A stretch of DNA of 64,000 bases from Eledone cirrhosa (GCA_964016885.1 OZ024742.1:335668001-335732000); one strand, 5' to 3'. Positions 31,795-45,644 are shown, counted from the first letter of the stretch. Notes: generated from the letters alone by a model not told the origin. Program-made: numbers and translations.

Positions 31795-33327
31795 TATATA
31801 TAGTAGTAATGTAATAAACAACATAAGGCAATTATTCCATTCACCAGTGGTTTCTTAAAAGCAAAAAAATTTAGCCTTCAATCCTCAGAATGAAAAAAAA
31901 CCTGGTCTATCTACATATACATATATATGCACACACACACATATATATATATATATGTACACAATACACATAGATACACATACATTTTGGTATGTGAAGG
32001 GTAAGGCAAAAAGAATATATGTGCGGGAGGGGGAAAGACATAGGAAAAGGTGAAATATAAGGGGAGATAAGGGAGAAGAAAAATACAAGAGTACAGAACG
32101 TGGATTCAGCAAATAAAAAAACCGTAGCAGAAGTAAAGAGCAGAGAAGGAGTTCAAGGCGGTTGATTTATCACAGGAGTGTCAATCCAGTTACAGATCAG
32201 ATGTGATTTCAGATGAGGACAACATCTGAAGATCTCAGTCTTTCAGTTTAGGCAAGGAGAAGTGGCTCTCAAGTTTAGTAAAATCCTATATTTTTCTGTG
32301 GTACACAAAGAACAATTCTTTGTGCCCCTTTGGTACTCCCTCGAATGGTCTAAGATAGACCAATCGATAGAGTACGGGATGTTACTATCCTTGAATTCCC
32401 ACACCTTACTTGCGAGGGCTGTTGATGTTCGTTTATCGGAGTGCTTAAAAGAAGCGACATGTGAGTAAAATCTGGTTTTAAACCTGTCCTGGGTCATACC
32501 GACATATCGCTCACTCCTGACTGGCTGGTTGTTGATTACCGGTGTTAATCATAAACAACAGATTTGGGGTTACATTTATCCTGCAATGGGCATTCATCCG
32601 GCTTCCTGCAACTGCATCCTGGATTTGTTCTCGTATGATTTGAACTAGTGATCTTGGACTTCATAGATGGGCAACAAAAGTAACTAATATTAACTACGTT
32701 CCTATTAAATATCTTATAATATCTATGATTAGGAGGAAAATGTTTGTCTAAGAGTTCAAGGAATTTCCTTCCTACATTAGTTTTGACAGTTAGAGAGAGT
32801 GGGGGGGGGGGGGGGGGTATGAACCAAATCATTTTCCTTTTCCTGTTATTGTGGTTAGTTTTAGGGGAGGGAGTATGTAAATAAAAAAAAAATTCTGTAA
32901 AACCGCTGTTCTTAGGGGCTTTATTATAATAAGGGGCGGCTTTATTAAAAATGTCTATAGACGAAGATAAGGTAGAAATCCTACGGCTAATGTTAGGAAT
33001 AAGATTATTAAAAACTATAGGGGGATGGCAAGACTCTTTGTGTATATACCTAAGATTTTCATTAGGTTTATGATAGGGTTTAAAAGAGGCGGTAAGTAGA
33101 TCAAGATAAATATCAAGAAAGTTAGCATTGGTAAGGTTCGTATCTATAGTGATTTTAAGGTTAAGTTTAGCAAAAGTATTGATTAAATCTTTACGGAATT
33201 TATCAAGGTTATGGCCGTTGGTGGTATGAGAAACTGCCAATCCGTCATCACGGTATTAACCGATATTATGGGAAGGAAATTTCTCTTTGAGGGTGTGGAG
33301 AAGGAATAATCCTACTAAGTCACACAA
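31795..33327 (-). mobile_element. 5'-truncated PLE (family C), RT + GIY-YIG, frameshifted
   Basis: DLVGL..DDGLAVS, NFLDIYLDL, YHKPNE, SCHPP, CSCRKPDECPL, RYVGMT..FKTRFYSH, CSLC. Confidence 0.88.
31838..31892 (-). ncRNA. Hammerhead, family C, probably inactive (GUG triplet)
   Basis: CATT-CTGAGGA-TTGAAGGC..GCTTTTAA-GAAA-CCACTGG-TG-AATG. Confidence 0.7.
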
Positions 33328-33448
33328 GTATGTGTATATGTGTATTTATATAGACATATATATGTGTATCTGTGTGTGTGTATGTATGAGTGTATGTATA
33401 TATATATATAGAGATTACAGTAATCAAAGTTCAGTTTAAGTCATTTAT

Positions 33449-33497
33449 TTGCTTACAATTGTTTCCTCCAAACCGAGGTTTGGATTCTTCGGAGCAA
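33449..33497 (-). ncRNA. Hammerhead, family A (CCGAAGA core), 3' pLTR
   Basis: TTGCT-CCGAAGA-ATCCAAACC(TC)GGTTTGGAG-GAAA-CAATTG-TA-AGCAA. Confidence 0.78.
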
Positions 33498-35032
33498 CTA
33501 TTTATAACATACTTGACCTCCTTTTCAACCCAAGAGACACATAAAACATATGCGCATATTGATCAACAGTGGGGTGACATTCATCAAATGATATAGCATG
33601 GCAACTTACATATAAAGGTTACAGGATAAAAATAAAATAAAAACAAGAGTGAAAATAAGAGTGAAAATAAAGATAAACATGAAGCGTTGGCAGTCTATGA
33701 AGATAAAGCAAGAGGAAAGCTTAGAGTAGTCAGTGTATGAAACAATCTCCCGTGTAGCATGCACGCGTGTCTTATTTATACATGATTAGAGTGCGTCAGA
33801 ATGATATTTGCAGGGTCAGGCAGTTGAAGCAGACAATCGATCTTATTATGTAGGCTGAATTATTAAGTCATTTATTCTCATACATCTGTATGATATACAG
33901 TCTCGGATGCGGGGAAACACCAAAATATCAAAAACCCTCAACATACTATAAACCTTATTGTATCATAGGCAAGGCCGTACCACTGTCCTTGCTCACACCA
34001 CCACTCACATAATCAATGAGACGCAATATATATATAGAGAACACGCGTCTATTGTATAATTCGCGGTGGTTCAGCATATAGTCAAGCTATAAACCGTATC
34101 CAGTCGGTTCTTAATTAATATATCATGCTGTCCAGATTCCGGAAGTGCCTGAATGACTAAGGGGAATTAATGCGTAAGGGGAGGTAACTAGCTAGTTATC
34201 TTAGTTACATTACTATCCTAAACTACATTAATGGTGATTCAAATACGTGCCTATCATGTGAAGTTATAACTAATATCTAGAGTATGTTACCCATTTATAG
34301 GTTAGAGAGTTGTCCATTAAGAAGTACAAGGGTGTATATATTAGGATGATTACCATCCATTAATTAAGGGGTGTCATATCTGAACGTTCTATAAGAGGAG
34401 TCAGACTCTCAAGTCACTGCTCCATGCAAATGTAATATAACAGTAGGACCTGGTATGGTCCCACTATTATATATGCCACCCGGTAGGCTCCGGGTCATTG
34501 CATGCCTGCATCTCCAGTAAATCTTCGGTATGGTCCGGAGATCCAATCTCTCATATAAATGCACTAGTCTGGCCATCAAGCAATAGACAACCCCCGTCTC
34601 AAATATAAATCAATTATGTATCACATCTACAAGCTAGAGTGGAGTCTATTAATAGGTACTAAAGGAGTTCACATCAAGATGATTACGTGCATAATTCATT
34701 GAACTGATCGCTTACAGTATATATTCACTTAACAATACGATTATCTATCTAATCATCAATCTATCTCTTGGTGGTAATCCATGCACAGGACTATTCTATC
34801 GCAACCAGTACCGTGTCCCCAATTTATACTAATCTTATATTTGTGCAATGCAGAATAAGTAGTCCACGGTCGAGATATCAGTATTAGAGGTACAAGGGGT
34901 ATTCCCAGGGTAGGTGGTACTAAAATGCTGTCAGTATTATCTTTAGAGTATAGAGATGGGTGTGGATGTGAGGTGTAAGGTGTGCTACTGATGTTAATTG
35001 CTAGGGGTGGTGCCGGTTCCAGTCTGACATTA

Positions 35033-37515
35033 TTATATATAGGGTTTAAAGTTTTGGAACGAGTGTCGGAAGCGGTGTTGGCAATTTGCGAACACTTCTG
35101 ATTTTTTATTAAGGAGATTATGTTTAGAGAAGATGATAGTATGGGTCTCTAGTAGACAGAGGTTACAAAATTTATCAGGTGGTTTGTACGATGTTGCACT
35201 ACCTACCACTTCCCATTTAAGTGTATATATTTTATTTTTAGTTTTTAGATAGTGTATGTAGCTAGATAGTGAAGTGGAGTTGGCTAGACTGTGTTTTTTG
35301 AAAGAGTGGAGGTGCGAATTGCATCTAGTTTTGAAGCAGTTAGAAGTGGAGCCTATGTAGGTTTCAGAAGAGCTGTTAGTTGTGACTGTACATGAGTATA
35401 TGATATCCTTGGTTAAGCATTTTTTATCTAAAGGGCAGGTTCTACTTGATCTACAGTTACAATTACTCTGGGTGCTAGTCTGCCGGTTACTATGCTGTGT
35501 AGAAGTTTGGATGTTAGCTATAGGGTTATGGTTATGCGGGTTGTGGTACGCAGCGTTAATGTTTACACTAGTGCTATTACTATTATTTCCATTGATATTA
35601 CGGTTATTTGTTATAATGTTACTTTGACTGTTATTTTGAATGTTATTTTGAAGGTTTATCGACCGTTGTGATTTAGTTTGTTGGAAGTAAGAATTAATTT
35701 TTCTTTTATTTGTACTAGCTATGTGGTATGCTAAGTTAGGCGTAGTAGAGTATGAGATCTTAATAGTGTTTTTGTTTAAAAGGCCGTGGTACCTGTGGCC
35801 GGATGGGAAGTGTTTATCTAGTAGTGAGAAGAAAGCCCTAGGAAGGTTGGTAGAGACGTTTAAATTGAAAGGAGGGTTGAAAAATGTATTATTTCTTCTT
35901 CTATTTCTGTTTTTTATGTCTGGTGATTTGTTTCCTTTAATGTTCCTATGGTCCTTTCTGTGGTGCGGGTTACTCTTGTTGTTACAATCCCTATTAGTGT
36001 GTGTGCAGTGCTATTCCTATTATTAAATTTTCCCATGGACATGTTGTGTGAAATGATGTTGTAGCTATGTGTTTTTGTAGGTAGGAACTCTATCCCTGTA
36101 TTATGGCCTGATCTAGCTAATGCCTGATTATAATACTGCGAGTTATTGTTAAATGTGTTTATGTCATAGGATAGATTAGAGATTCTATTAGATACTCCCT
36201 TAGAGATAGAGTTCAATATAGATTTAGGGTGGTTAGACTTGGTATCTACGTAGATGAGGTTTTCATTAGGTTTGTGGAAAGGTGCATATATCATTGAGTC
36301 TAAGTAGAGTGTGGCGTCTAGGAAGTTGACGTTTTTGGTGTTTTTGTCCATGGTAATACTAAGGTTAAAGTTTTTGAATGTTTTGTGCAATAGTTTTCTA
36401 GTCCTTTCTATATTGAATTTTTTATAGTCTATAAGTAGAAGTGCATCATCGCGATACAAACCACCGCTGAGGTACGGAAGTTCCCTGTGGATTAGGTTAA
36501 GTAAGTATAGGCCAACCAAATCAGTGACCTGCGCCGAGTCACTAGACCCCATAGTAATGTCGAAGTTGTTTTGCGTATCCTTGCGGGTCCATAATTGGTC
36601 CTCAAAGGTGATTATTGTTTTACGGGCCGCAAGTATGACATCAATCTGGGGTCTAGTCAAGTCACTATTGTCCATGGCCATTATAAGTGCCTTATTTAGT
36701 AGGATAGGGGAAATAGAGGTGTAGTAAGAGTTGATATCAAATTGAATAAATTTTTTATCCTTGTTATCTATGATATTTTTGAACCATTCAATCACTTCAC
36801 CCGTATTTCCCCATTGCTTAAGGTAAATCTTGTGTTTAATCTGTGGGATGATTTTGTCTAGGATTTTTTTACTGATAATGCCAATGTCAGACCTGGAGGG
36901 GCAGATTAGTCTAATCGAGGGGTTGCTAATGAAGTCTACCTTATGGTCCTTCAGAGAGAATCTAGGGGGGTTTGGGGTGTAAGGTTGTGTATGTCTCTGG
37001 AGCCTTAGTTTGGATACTATATTATAGCCTTCCATATTAATATCTTCTAAGTTTTTCATAGTGGTTTTCTTGTAGCTTTTATGTAGTTCATTATATATAA
37101 ACTTTCTATACGTATTATAATCTAGGCTGTATATGTTATTAGTTTTGTCGGCATGTACAAACATTTTACTACTAGTTTTGAAGTCATTAATAGAGGTGCT
37201 AAGTTTGTTTAAGAAGGTGTTGTTTTTATTATGGTGTTTTTTGTATTTAATGTTTTTAACTAGTTTAATTAGGTCGTTTTCGAAGAGGTTTAGTAGTGTG
37301 TTATGAGGGGGGCTTCTAAATGTTTTAAAGCCGAAGGAGTCAAATTTGTTGGTGTTATTATCCTTGCCAGATTTGTTTCTATCATAATGGAATGTCCTCC
37401 ATCTCACTCTATTGATAAAGGAGTTTACACTGTTGATCAACAACTTTTCATATGTATTTTTGGTTGGTAAAGGTATGTTCTTGGTTGACATAGGGAGTTG
37501 GTCTTTGATCAGCAT
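35033..37515 (-). pseudogene. PLE polyprotein: RT (YRDD) + Asn-rich linker + GIY-YIG; one apparent frameshift near 35950-36010
   Basis: 533-aa ORF with LKDHK, QFDINSYYTSI, MGSSDSAQVTDLVGL, GLYRDDAL, FHKPN; second frame FFNPPF..CNCRSSRTCPL..TYIGST..CNLC..NCQH to a stop at 35033. Confidence 0.93.
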
Positions 37516-37770
37516 GCTGGTAATTTATGGTATATCAGCTCAACAAAATGGAGCAGTTATTAGTATTAAGGGTACTATTTATGGTTATGTATGCAATAAA
37601 ACCTTTAATGGTAATATATTATATATACACAAACCCTAAATAGTGAGAGATAGTCATTAATTACTATCCTATTACCAGTAAGATAAATAGCTCAATGAAA
37701 TAACATCAGTTGTTTTACAGAGCAGTTATATAGAGATTACAGTAATCAAAGTTCAGTTTAAGTCATTTAT

Positions 37771-37819
37771 TTGCTTACAATTGTTTCCTCCAAACCGAGG
37801 TTTGGATTCTTCGGAGCAA
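37771..37819 (-). ncRNA. Hammerhead, family A (CCGAAGA core), 5' pLTR
   Basis: Identical to 33449-33497. Confidence 0.78.
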
Positions 37820-38340
37820 CTATTTATAACATACTTGACCTCCTTTTCAACCCAAGAGACACATAAAACATATGCGCATATTGATCAACAGTGGGGTGAC
37901 ATTCATCAAATGATATAGCATGGCAACTTACATATAAAGGTTACAGGATAAAAATAAAATAAAAACAAGAGTGAAAATAAGAGTGAAAATAAAGATAAAC
38001 ATGAAGCGTTGGCAGTCTATGAAGATAAAGCAAGAGGAAAGCTTAGAGTAGTCAGTGTATGAAACAATCTCCCGTGTAGCATGCACGCGTGTCTTATTTA
38101 TACATGAATAGAGTGCGTCAGAATGATATTTGCAGGGTCAGGCAGTTGAAGCAGACAATCGATCTTATTATGTAGGCTGAATTATTAAGTCATTTATTCT
38201 CATACATCTGTATGATATACAGTCTCGGATGCGGGGAAACACCAAAATATCAAAAACCTTCAACATACTATAAACCTTATTGTATAATATATTACCATTA
38301 AAGGTTTTATTGCATACATAACCATAAATAGTACCCTTAA

Positions 38341-38427
<87 letters not shown>

Positions 38428-38575
38428 CTTTTGTGTGTGTGTGTGTGTATGTGTGTGTTTGCATGTGTGGTTTTATTTTATTTTTCCTTTCCTTCTTTTT
38501 CTTCAGCCTCACTTTCATATAGATTGCATTTTTGTTTTTAAAATCCAAATTCAATAAACAGACCAGGATTTTTTT

Positions 38576-38629
38576 CATTCTGAGGATTGAAAGCAAAATA
38601 TTTTGCTTTTAAGAAACCACTGGTAAATG
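38576..38629 (+). ncRNA. Hammerhead, family C, intact; in the inverted arm matching 31805-31905
   Basis: CATT-CTGAGGA-TTGAAAGCAAAA(TA)TTTTGCTTTTAA-GAAA-CCACTGG-TA-AATG. Confidence 0.85.
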
Positions 38630-38657
38630 GAATAATTGCCTTATGTTGTTTATTACA

Positions 38658-38734
<77 letters not shown>

Positions 38735-39066
38735 TGAGAGAGATTTCGTTGCTACTATTAAAATAGACTAAGACACCAGAAAAAATTATTTCACTGGTGT
38801 TCCCAGTATTTTACAAAGCTGGATTGCGTGTGTGTGTACCGTAAAACAGAGTTTAATTTTGCTTTGAAGAGATGGATAAAGTAAGACGCCATCAAAGTTG
38901 ACAAAATTGATTGAAGACAGACTATATTTGTTGGTGAAAAAATAAACACACACGCAGAAAATGTTGAAATTTCTTGCCCCCATTCCATATAAAGCGTGAA
39001 ACTAAGACTTTTAGTATCTGTTTTGTCGTTTCTTTCACCTACACACACACACACATATATATATCT

Positions 39067-39149
<83 letters not shown>

Positions 39150-39208
39150 TTTCGTTTTGCTTTTTCTACCCGCCGAACTGCGATTGCGCTGAATTTATAT
39201 ATATATAT

Positions 39209-39360
<152 letters not shown>

Positions 39361-39423
39361 CGTTTTCTGAATTTGTTTAGCAAGATTCTTCATCTGAAAA
39401 CGTGTGTTGAAACCGATAAACCG

Positions 39424-39689
<266 letters not shown>

Positions 39690-39766
39690 ATGATCATATA
39701 TATATATATATATATATATTGTTCATATATATATATATGAGCGAGACACGGTCACCCGACCAACCT

Positions 39767-39799
<33 letters not shown>

Positions 39800-39800
<1 letters not shown>

Positions 39801-39981
39801 GTTATTCCGGGTTGAATCGGAGGTAACCACAGTAAGTAAGGTACTCAATACATAGCAGAGTATAACAGTTTTAATATAGATGAGATTCTACAGGACTAGA
39901 ACTGTTTCATTCATTAGAAATCATCAGGAGATTCCTGATGATTTCTAATGAATAAAACAGTTCTAGTCCTGTAGAATCTCA

Positions 39982-39988
<7 letters not shown>
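39800..39988. mobile_element. Mini fold-back of a PLE 3' end containing two damaged hammerhead copies
   Basis: Arms ~39874-39928/39934-39988; plus strand GAGATTC-CTGATGA-TTTC(TAAT)GAAT-AAAA-CAG..CTG-TA-GAATCTC; minus copy retains GAAA. Confidence 0.8.
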
Positions 39989-40044
<56 letters not shown>

Positions 40045-40234
40045 GTGAGTTTTTTTTTACAAAATGAAGAAAAACGAGATGTCCTACACGAGTGAAAGTA
40101 TAAGGAAAAAAGATTAAATCGAAAATGCAACTGGAGTTATATATTTATTTGGTTTCTTTACCGGTTTCGCAGTTCTTGTGCTTTTCAAAAGTAAAATTGA
40201 GATGGAGGGTCTGTGGTTTTTCATATATATATAT

Positions 40235-40308
<74 letters not shown>

Positions 40309-40313
<5 letters not shown>

Positions 40314-40512
40314 TAAGACCCCGACGGCAGAGCTCAAGCCGTTTCGACGGCTATTTCTGGACTCAGAGTCTGGAGTTCAGAAATAGCCGTCGAAACGGTT
40401 TGAGCTTTACTGTCGGGGTCTTACTTTTTCCTATTTCCCACTCTACTACCCTAAGTATTGAGTACTCTGGTGCGTTATGGTCCATCTGGTTCCTTACCAC
40501 ATTTCCTTTGTT
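40309..40512. mobile_element. Family-B mini fold-back in (TA)n
   Basis: Short arm left, tail-bearing arm right. Confidence 0.8.
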
Positions 40513-40929
40513 ATATATATATATATATAAACAAAAGGGAGATTTTGGTTCTCTTTGTATCATTCTGAAATATAATAAGATGTATGATTTGAAGGGGACC
40601 TGGCTGTTGTGTCTAGCATTTTCTTTTATATAAGTTCCAATTTTCGGCTGCCGTTTCTAGCATTTTGGTTAACTATTAGATGTCAACAAATAGTGTCAAA
40701 AATTTCTAAATTACATCCCTTTGACCGTGATACTTACCTGAGTTTCCAATATGGAAACATAATTTATTTTCTTCATAACTTTCATAATAATTCATACTTT
40801 TTATTGAGATTTCATAGAGATACTTATTAATGTGTGTAGATTACAGGGCTAGAAAGTAATATATAAACTTAAAGTAGATTTGAAGAGAACTAGAATATGT
40901 GTTAGTGTTTGTGTTAGTGTTTATGTTAG

Positions 40930-41560
40930 TGGTAGCGGTGGTGGTGGTGCTGGTGGTGGTACTGGTGGTGGTACTGGTGGTGGTGGTGGTAGTGGTGGTG
41001 GTGCTTGTTGTGGTAGTGGTGGTGGTGATTGTTGTGGTAGTGGTTGTGGTGGTGGTTATGATAGTGGTAGTGATGGTGATGGTGATGGTGGTAGTGGGGG
41101 TGTTGATTGTTGTGGTAGTGGTTGTGGTGGTGGTTATGATAGTGGCAGTGATGGTAATGGTGATGGTGGTAGTGGTGGTGTTGATTGTTGTGGTAGTGGT
41201 TGTGGTGGTGGTTATGATAGTGGTAGTCATGCTGATGGTGATGGAGCTGACTGATGTGATGGTGGTAGTGGTGGTGTTGATTGTTGTGGTAGTAGTTGTG
41301 GTGGTGGTTATGATAGTGGTAGTGATGCTGATGGTGATGGAGCTGACTGATGTGATGGTGGTAGTGGTGGTGTTGATTGTTGTGGTAGTAGTTGTGGTGG
41401 TGGTTATGATAGTGGTAGTGGTGGTGATGGTGATGGTGGTAGTGGTGGTGTTGATTGTTGTGGTAGTAGTTGTGGTGGTGGTTATGATAGTGGTAGTGAT
41501 GGTGATGGTGATGGTGGTAGTGGTGGTGTTGATTGTTGTGGTAGTGGTTGTGGTGGTGGT
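40930..41560. repeat. GTG-rich minisatellite, periods 78,78,96,96,78,78 bp
   Basis: GATTGTTGTGGTAG recurs at 41027, 41105, 41183, 41279, 41375, 41453, 41531. Confidence 0.9.
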
Positions 41561-42147
41561 TGACACAGTGGTGTTTAGTGGTGGGAGTTGTGGCTATGGT
41601 GATGACGTTAGTAGTGGTGCTGCTGATCGTTGTGGTAGTGAATGTGATGCTGGTGGTGGTGATGGTCATGGTGGGGTTGATGGGGATGCTATTTGTTGTG
41701 GTATTTATTGTGGTGGTTGACACAGTGGTTGTTGTTATTGTGGAGGTGTGTGTGTGGTGGTGGTGGTTGTGCTTGTGGTAGCTATGGTTGTGATGATGGT
41801 GGTAGTGGTGTTAATGGTTAGAATAGCGTCTTTCATATCACAGGCGTTGAATTCCAAGGGAGACCACTCTTGAGTTCCAAGGGAGACCACTCTTAAACAA
41901 AGTTTTTACATTTCATGGCATAGCATTCGGAAGACAAGAGTTACTTCCCTGGAAGTCTTTTCCCTTACAAACATATAGAGTCAACAACGTATCCAATCCA
42001 AATAAACAGCTCGTTACAATATCAGATATAATGCTTCGCGGTATTCGTTCCAATTTTCTGCCCTCTGCGTCCAAATCCAGCCTAGGTCATCTTTGCTTTT
42101 TACTCTTTTGGGGTTGACAGAAGATTACTTGCCGGGTATTGGGTCGA

Positions 42148-42248
<101 letters not shown>

Positions 42249-42640
42249 AAGAAATCGGTTGTGTTTAGACTCTACGATTCCAGCATGAATTAAACATACA
42301 TACATGATTATGGCAGCAACTCGATTTCGAGTAATACCATCGCTTGATACTTAAGCATGAGCATGACGGACGGGGTCTTTTAGTCCTGCTAGCGACTTAC
42401 CTATAGCCAGCAATACCAGGCATCGCAAAAAATGTCACATATCAAGCGATGCCTGTGCTTGAAGCTTTTTTAAGTGAGGGAAGGCTTTGCATGGGGCCTA
42501 TCCCACTATCTGGACATCGAATGCATTTCCCAAAAAGAAGAACTGGTCTATATCATTGGATGCAAACGATGTCGCAGGTTTTATATCAGAGTGACCTTCT
42601 CCTAGAGAGATGTATTAATGAAGACTAGGAGTCTCTCGCT

Positions 42641-42675
<35 letters not shown>

Positions 42676-43530
42676 TTTACGTCCGCTTTTCCCTGCTTGT
42701 AAGGGTTGGACGGGTCCTATTCAGCACAGCATCTCTCCACTTGTCACAGTCCTTCATCATCTCCTCGGTGAGTTTCAGAGATCTGAGGTCTGCTCCACCA
42801 CCTGCACCCATGTTTTTCGTGATCTACCTCTTCTGCGTCTTCCTTCTACGGGGATTTCTTGGCACATCTTTACCCAGCGGTCATCCTCCATGCGCATCAC
42901 ATGTCCATACCATTTCAGCCTTCTCTCCTGCACACCACAACTTAGCCCTCTTATACCCAGTTTCTTTCTCAACTCATCTATGCTTGGTCGTTCACGCACA
43001 TTGGCATTGCACATCCAACGGAGCATACTTGCTTCATTTCTCTCCAGCCGTCGCATATCCTCTGCAGTTGCTGCCCATGTCTCACTACCATGCAGCATCG
43101 CGCATCTCACACAGGCATCATATAACCGTCCTTTCGTACGCAGGGAGAAACTCTTCTTTGTCAACAGTGTAAGCAGCTCCCTAAACTTCTTCCAGCAAGT
43201 CCTTATTCTAGATACTATGGCCTCGGAACACCCCCTCCCATGCTAATCTGATCACTTAGGTACCAGAAGCTATCAACCACTTCTATAGAACCCACCTGCA
43301 TTGGAAAAATGTGTCTACCACTGCGATTACTACTGCCAACTTTCCCTGTACATCTATTGCATACGTAGTCTTCCCTACCTGTTAGTTTGCCTGCTATCCC
43401 ACTACATCTCTTGTCTACCCAAGATATGCATTGCGTACATTTCATGGAATTTATGCCAGTTCCTCTCCTACATATAGAACATGGCCATTTCCCCGATGGA
43501 ATCAGAGTATTGTCCTCTCTTGTACTTATC
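42641..43530 (-). mobile_element. RTE-group LINE 3' fragment with (ATG)n tail
   Basis: KGRLYDACVRCAMLHGSETW..RRLKWYGHVMR..RRRGRSRKTW; upstream Cys-rich KWPCSIC..C..C segment; (CAT)n on the plus strand. Confidence 0.88.
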
Positions 43531-43699
43531 AACATATATATAAATAACAAAATAAGATGCTGAGGTTACATATATCGTTTAATCATTATAATTATTTCCA
43601 CGGTTCTCCATGCAATCGAGATGCCCTTCATGCATTTGCTGTTGCTATGAGAACGGTATGCTCAGATGAAATACCGATATCTTTGATATGTCGCTGGCA

Positions 43700-43701
43700 T
43701 A

Positions 43702-43737
<36 letters not shown>

Positions 43738-44874
43738 CGTTTTTGTTGTAGTTGTTGTCTTAAGGTGGTTGTCAACAAAATATATACCCTACCCTCCCTC
43801 TAAGGTGGTTGTCAACAAAATATATACCCTACCCTCCCTCTAAGGTGGTTGTCAACAAAATATATACCCTACCCACTGTCTACTGGGCTTTGGCTAGACA
43901 CAGTTTTTTTCGTTTTTTTTCGGTGATAACTTTTTCTAGCAAACACGACGGGCTGGCAAACTCTTCAAGGAACTCATATGTCTGCTGGGCACACAAACAA
44001 TAGACGAGTTCCTTGAAGGGTTTGCCAGCCCGTCGTGTTTGCTAGAAAAAGCTATCAACGAAAAAAAAACGAAAAAACTGTGTGTAGCCAAAGCCCAGTA
44101 GACAGTGGAAGCAATAAATGGAGCTCTGAGGGAGGGTGGGGTATATATTTTGTTGACAACCACCTTAAGACAACAACTACAACAAATACGACAACAACAG
44201 CAGCAACAACAACAACAACAATAACGACAATAACAGCAAAACGCCGACTAATATAGTCCACACTGGCCGTATCAGTCGTAGTGATATTACTACCCTACTG
44301 ACAACAACAACGAAAGCAACAACTACAGTAAACAGTTACAACAACAACAACAGCAACAACGACAACAACAGCAAAAACACAGACCAGCGTCGTGTACATA
44401 GGCCGTAGCAGTCGTAGTGACGGTATCACCCCGCCGACAATAACAACGATAACACCAAAGCAACAAAAGCAGTTCTTCTTTTTTTCTTTTTTAATTTTTT
44501 TTATTTATCTTTTTATATTATTATTTTCCTTTTACTTTATTATTATATGTTTTAACTATTGTTATATGCTTTTTGCTTATGTATGTCCTCACGTGCATCC
44601 ACCTCTTGTGAAAAAATCTGCCTGTACCTTAGCATATAGCTGTAGTGTTGAATAACAACCCCATTATGCACACTCTCCATACTCCCCATTTCCGATCTCC
44701 CTCTTGTTACCTTCTATTGTATTTCTAATGTTCATGTGACTAAACTTGGTAGAGCTTATACTCAGCACTGTATTTTTGTTTATAAAGCTCTGATGATTCC
44801 TGCCCCATGGTATGGATGAAATATTGTCAGCAAATAAAAATTGTATGAGTATGTAGGCGTTCTTTGATTTCTTT

Positions 44875-44878
<4 letters not shown>
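43700..44878 (+). mobile_element. PLE-type 3' region with 5' inversion (fold-back ~43700-44230) and a terminal hammerhead
   Basis: Inverted arms around ~43990; 40-bp tandem triplication 43761-43873; HHR plus AATAAA, then (TA)n. Confidence 0.65.
44772..44840 (+). ncRNA. Minimal type I hammerhead (U.U stem II closure)
   Basis: TTTTTGTTT(ATAAA)GCT-CTGATGA-T-TCC..GGA-T-GAAA-TATTG-TC-AGCAAATAAAAA; GUC triplet 44826-44828. Confidence 0.78.
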
Positions 44879-44943
<65 letters not shown>

Positions 44944-44974
44944 CATTTTATATACTCTTTTTGTGTGTTTGGAG

Positions 44975-45126
44975 GTTTGTTGAAGCTTTTGAGGAAGAGG
45001 AGGCGGTTATGAACGACTGGCTCCATGAATTGTTGCATGTAGTGGTTGAGTATTTAACAGATACGAGAAACCAAATGGAACCAGTGTGCGAAAATGTCGC
45101 GACAACGCTGCACATTTTAATTATAG
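44975..45126 (+). CDS. Possible isolated host exon (helical, acidic peptide)
   Basis: T-rich tract then AG, open frame FVEAFEEEEAVMNDWLHELLHVVVEYLTDTRNQMEPVCENVATTLHILII, donor AG|GTACGG; no TE motif recognised. Confidence 0.3.
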
Positions 45127-45261
45127 GTACGGTCAATCCAACGGGTTTTGTAGAGTTTATGCCTACACAATTATGTCGATTCGATGCCTATAGTAAAATA
45201 CATTTGCCGAATCGATCTCGAAACTTCGTGATTTCGAAGTGAACTTCGTCCATATCATATG

Positions 45262-45325
<64 letters not shown>

Positions 45326-45644
45326 CACACACACACACATACACATACACACACATGGACACACACACACACACATGCATACACACACATGCACACACGC
45401 ACGCACACACGCACACACATAGACACACATGCACACGCACACACACACACATACATGCACACACACACATGCACGCACACACATACATGCACACACACAC
45501 ACACATGTACACACACACATGCACACACATACTTATACCCACACATAGACACATACACTTTCACATACAAATGAGTGTGTATGTGATTCAGAACATTACA
45601 AATATAATGTCTAAACCGTGTATAAAATATAATAATTGTTGATA

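Larger units (their letters stand above)
33411..38345 (-). mobile_element. Near-full-length Penelope-like element (family A) with direct pLTRs and an inverted tail
   Basis: pLTRs 33411-33963 and 37733-38285 (553 bp, two mismatches seen); tail 37561-37732; inverted tail copy 38283-38345; (TA)n flanks. Confidence 0.95.

Noticed and set aside
38808-38880. Possible small exon (CAG..GTAAGA)
   Set aside because: Too short to support without homology or RNA data
40841-41781. Long poly-Thr/Val/His ORFs (mucin-like)
   Set aside because: Open in several frames because the minisatellite is triplet-based; no unique domain or splice evidence
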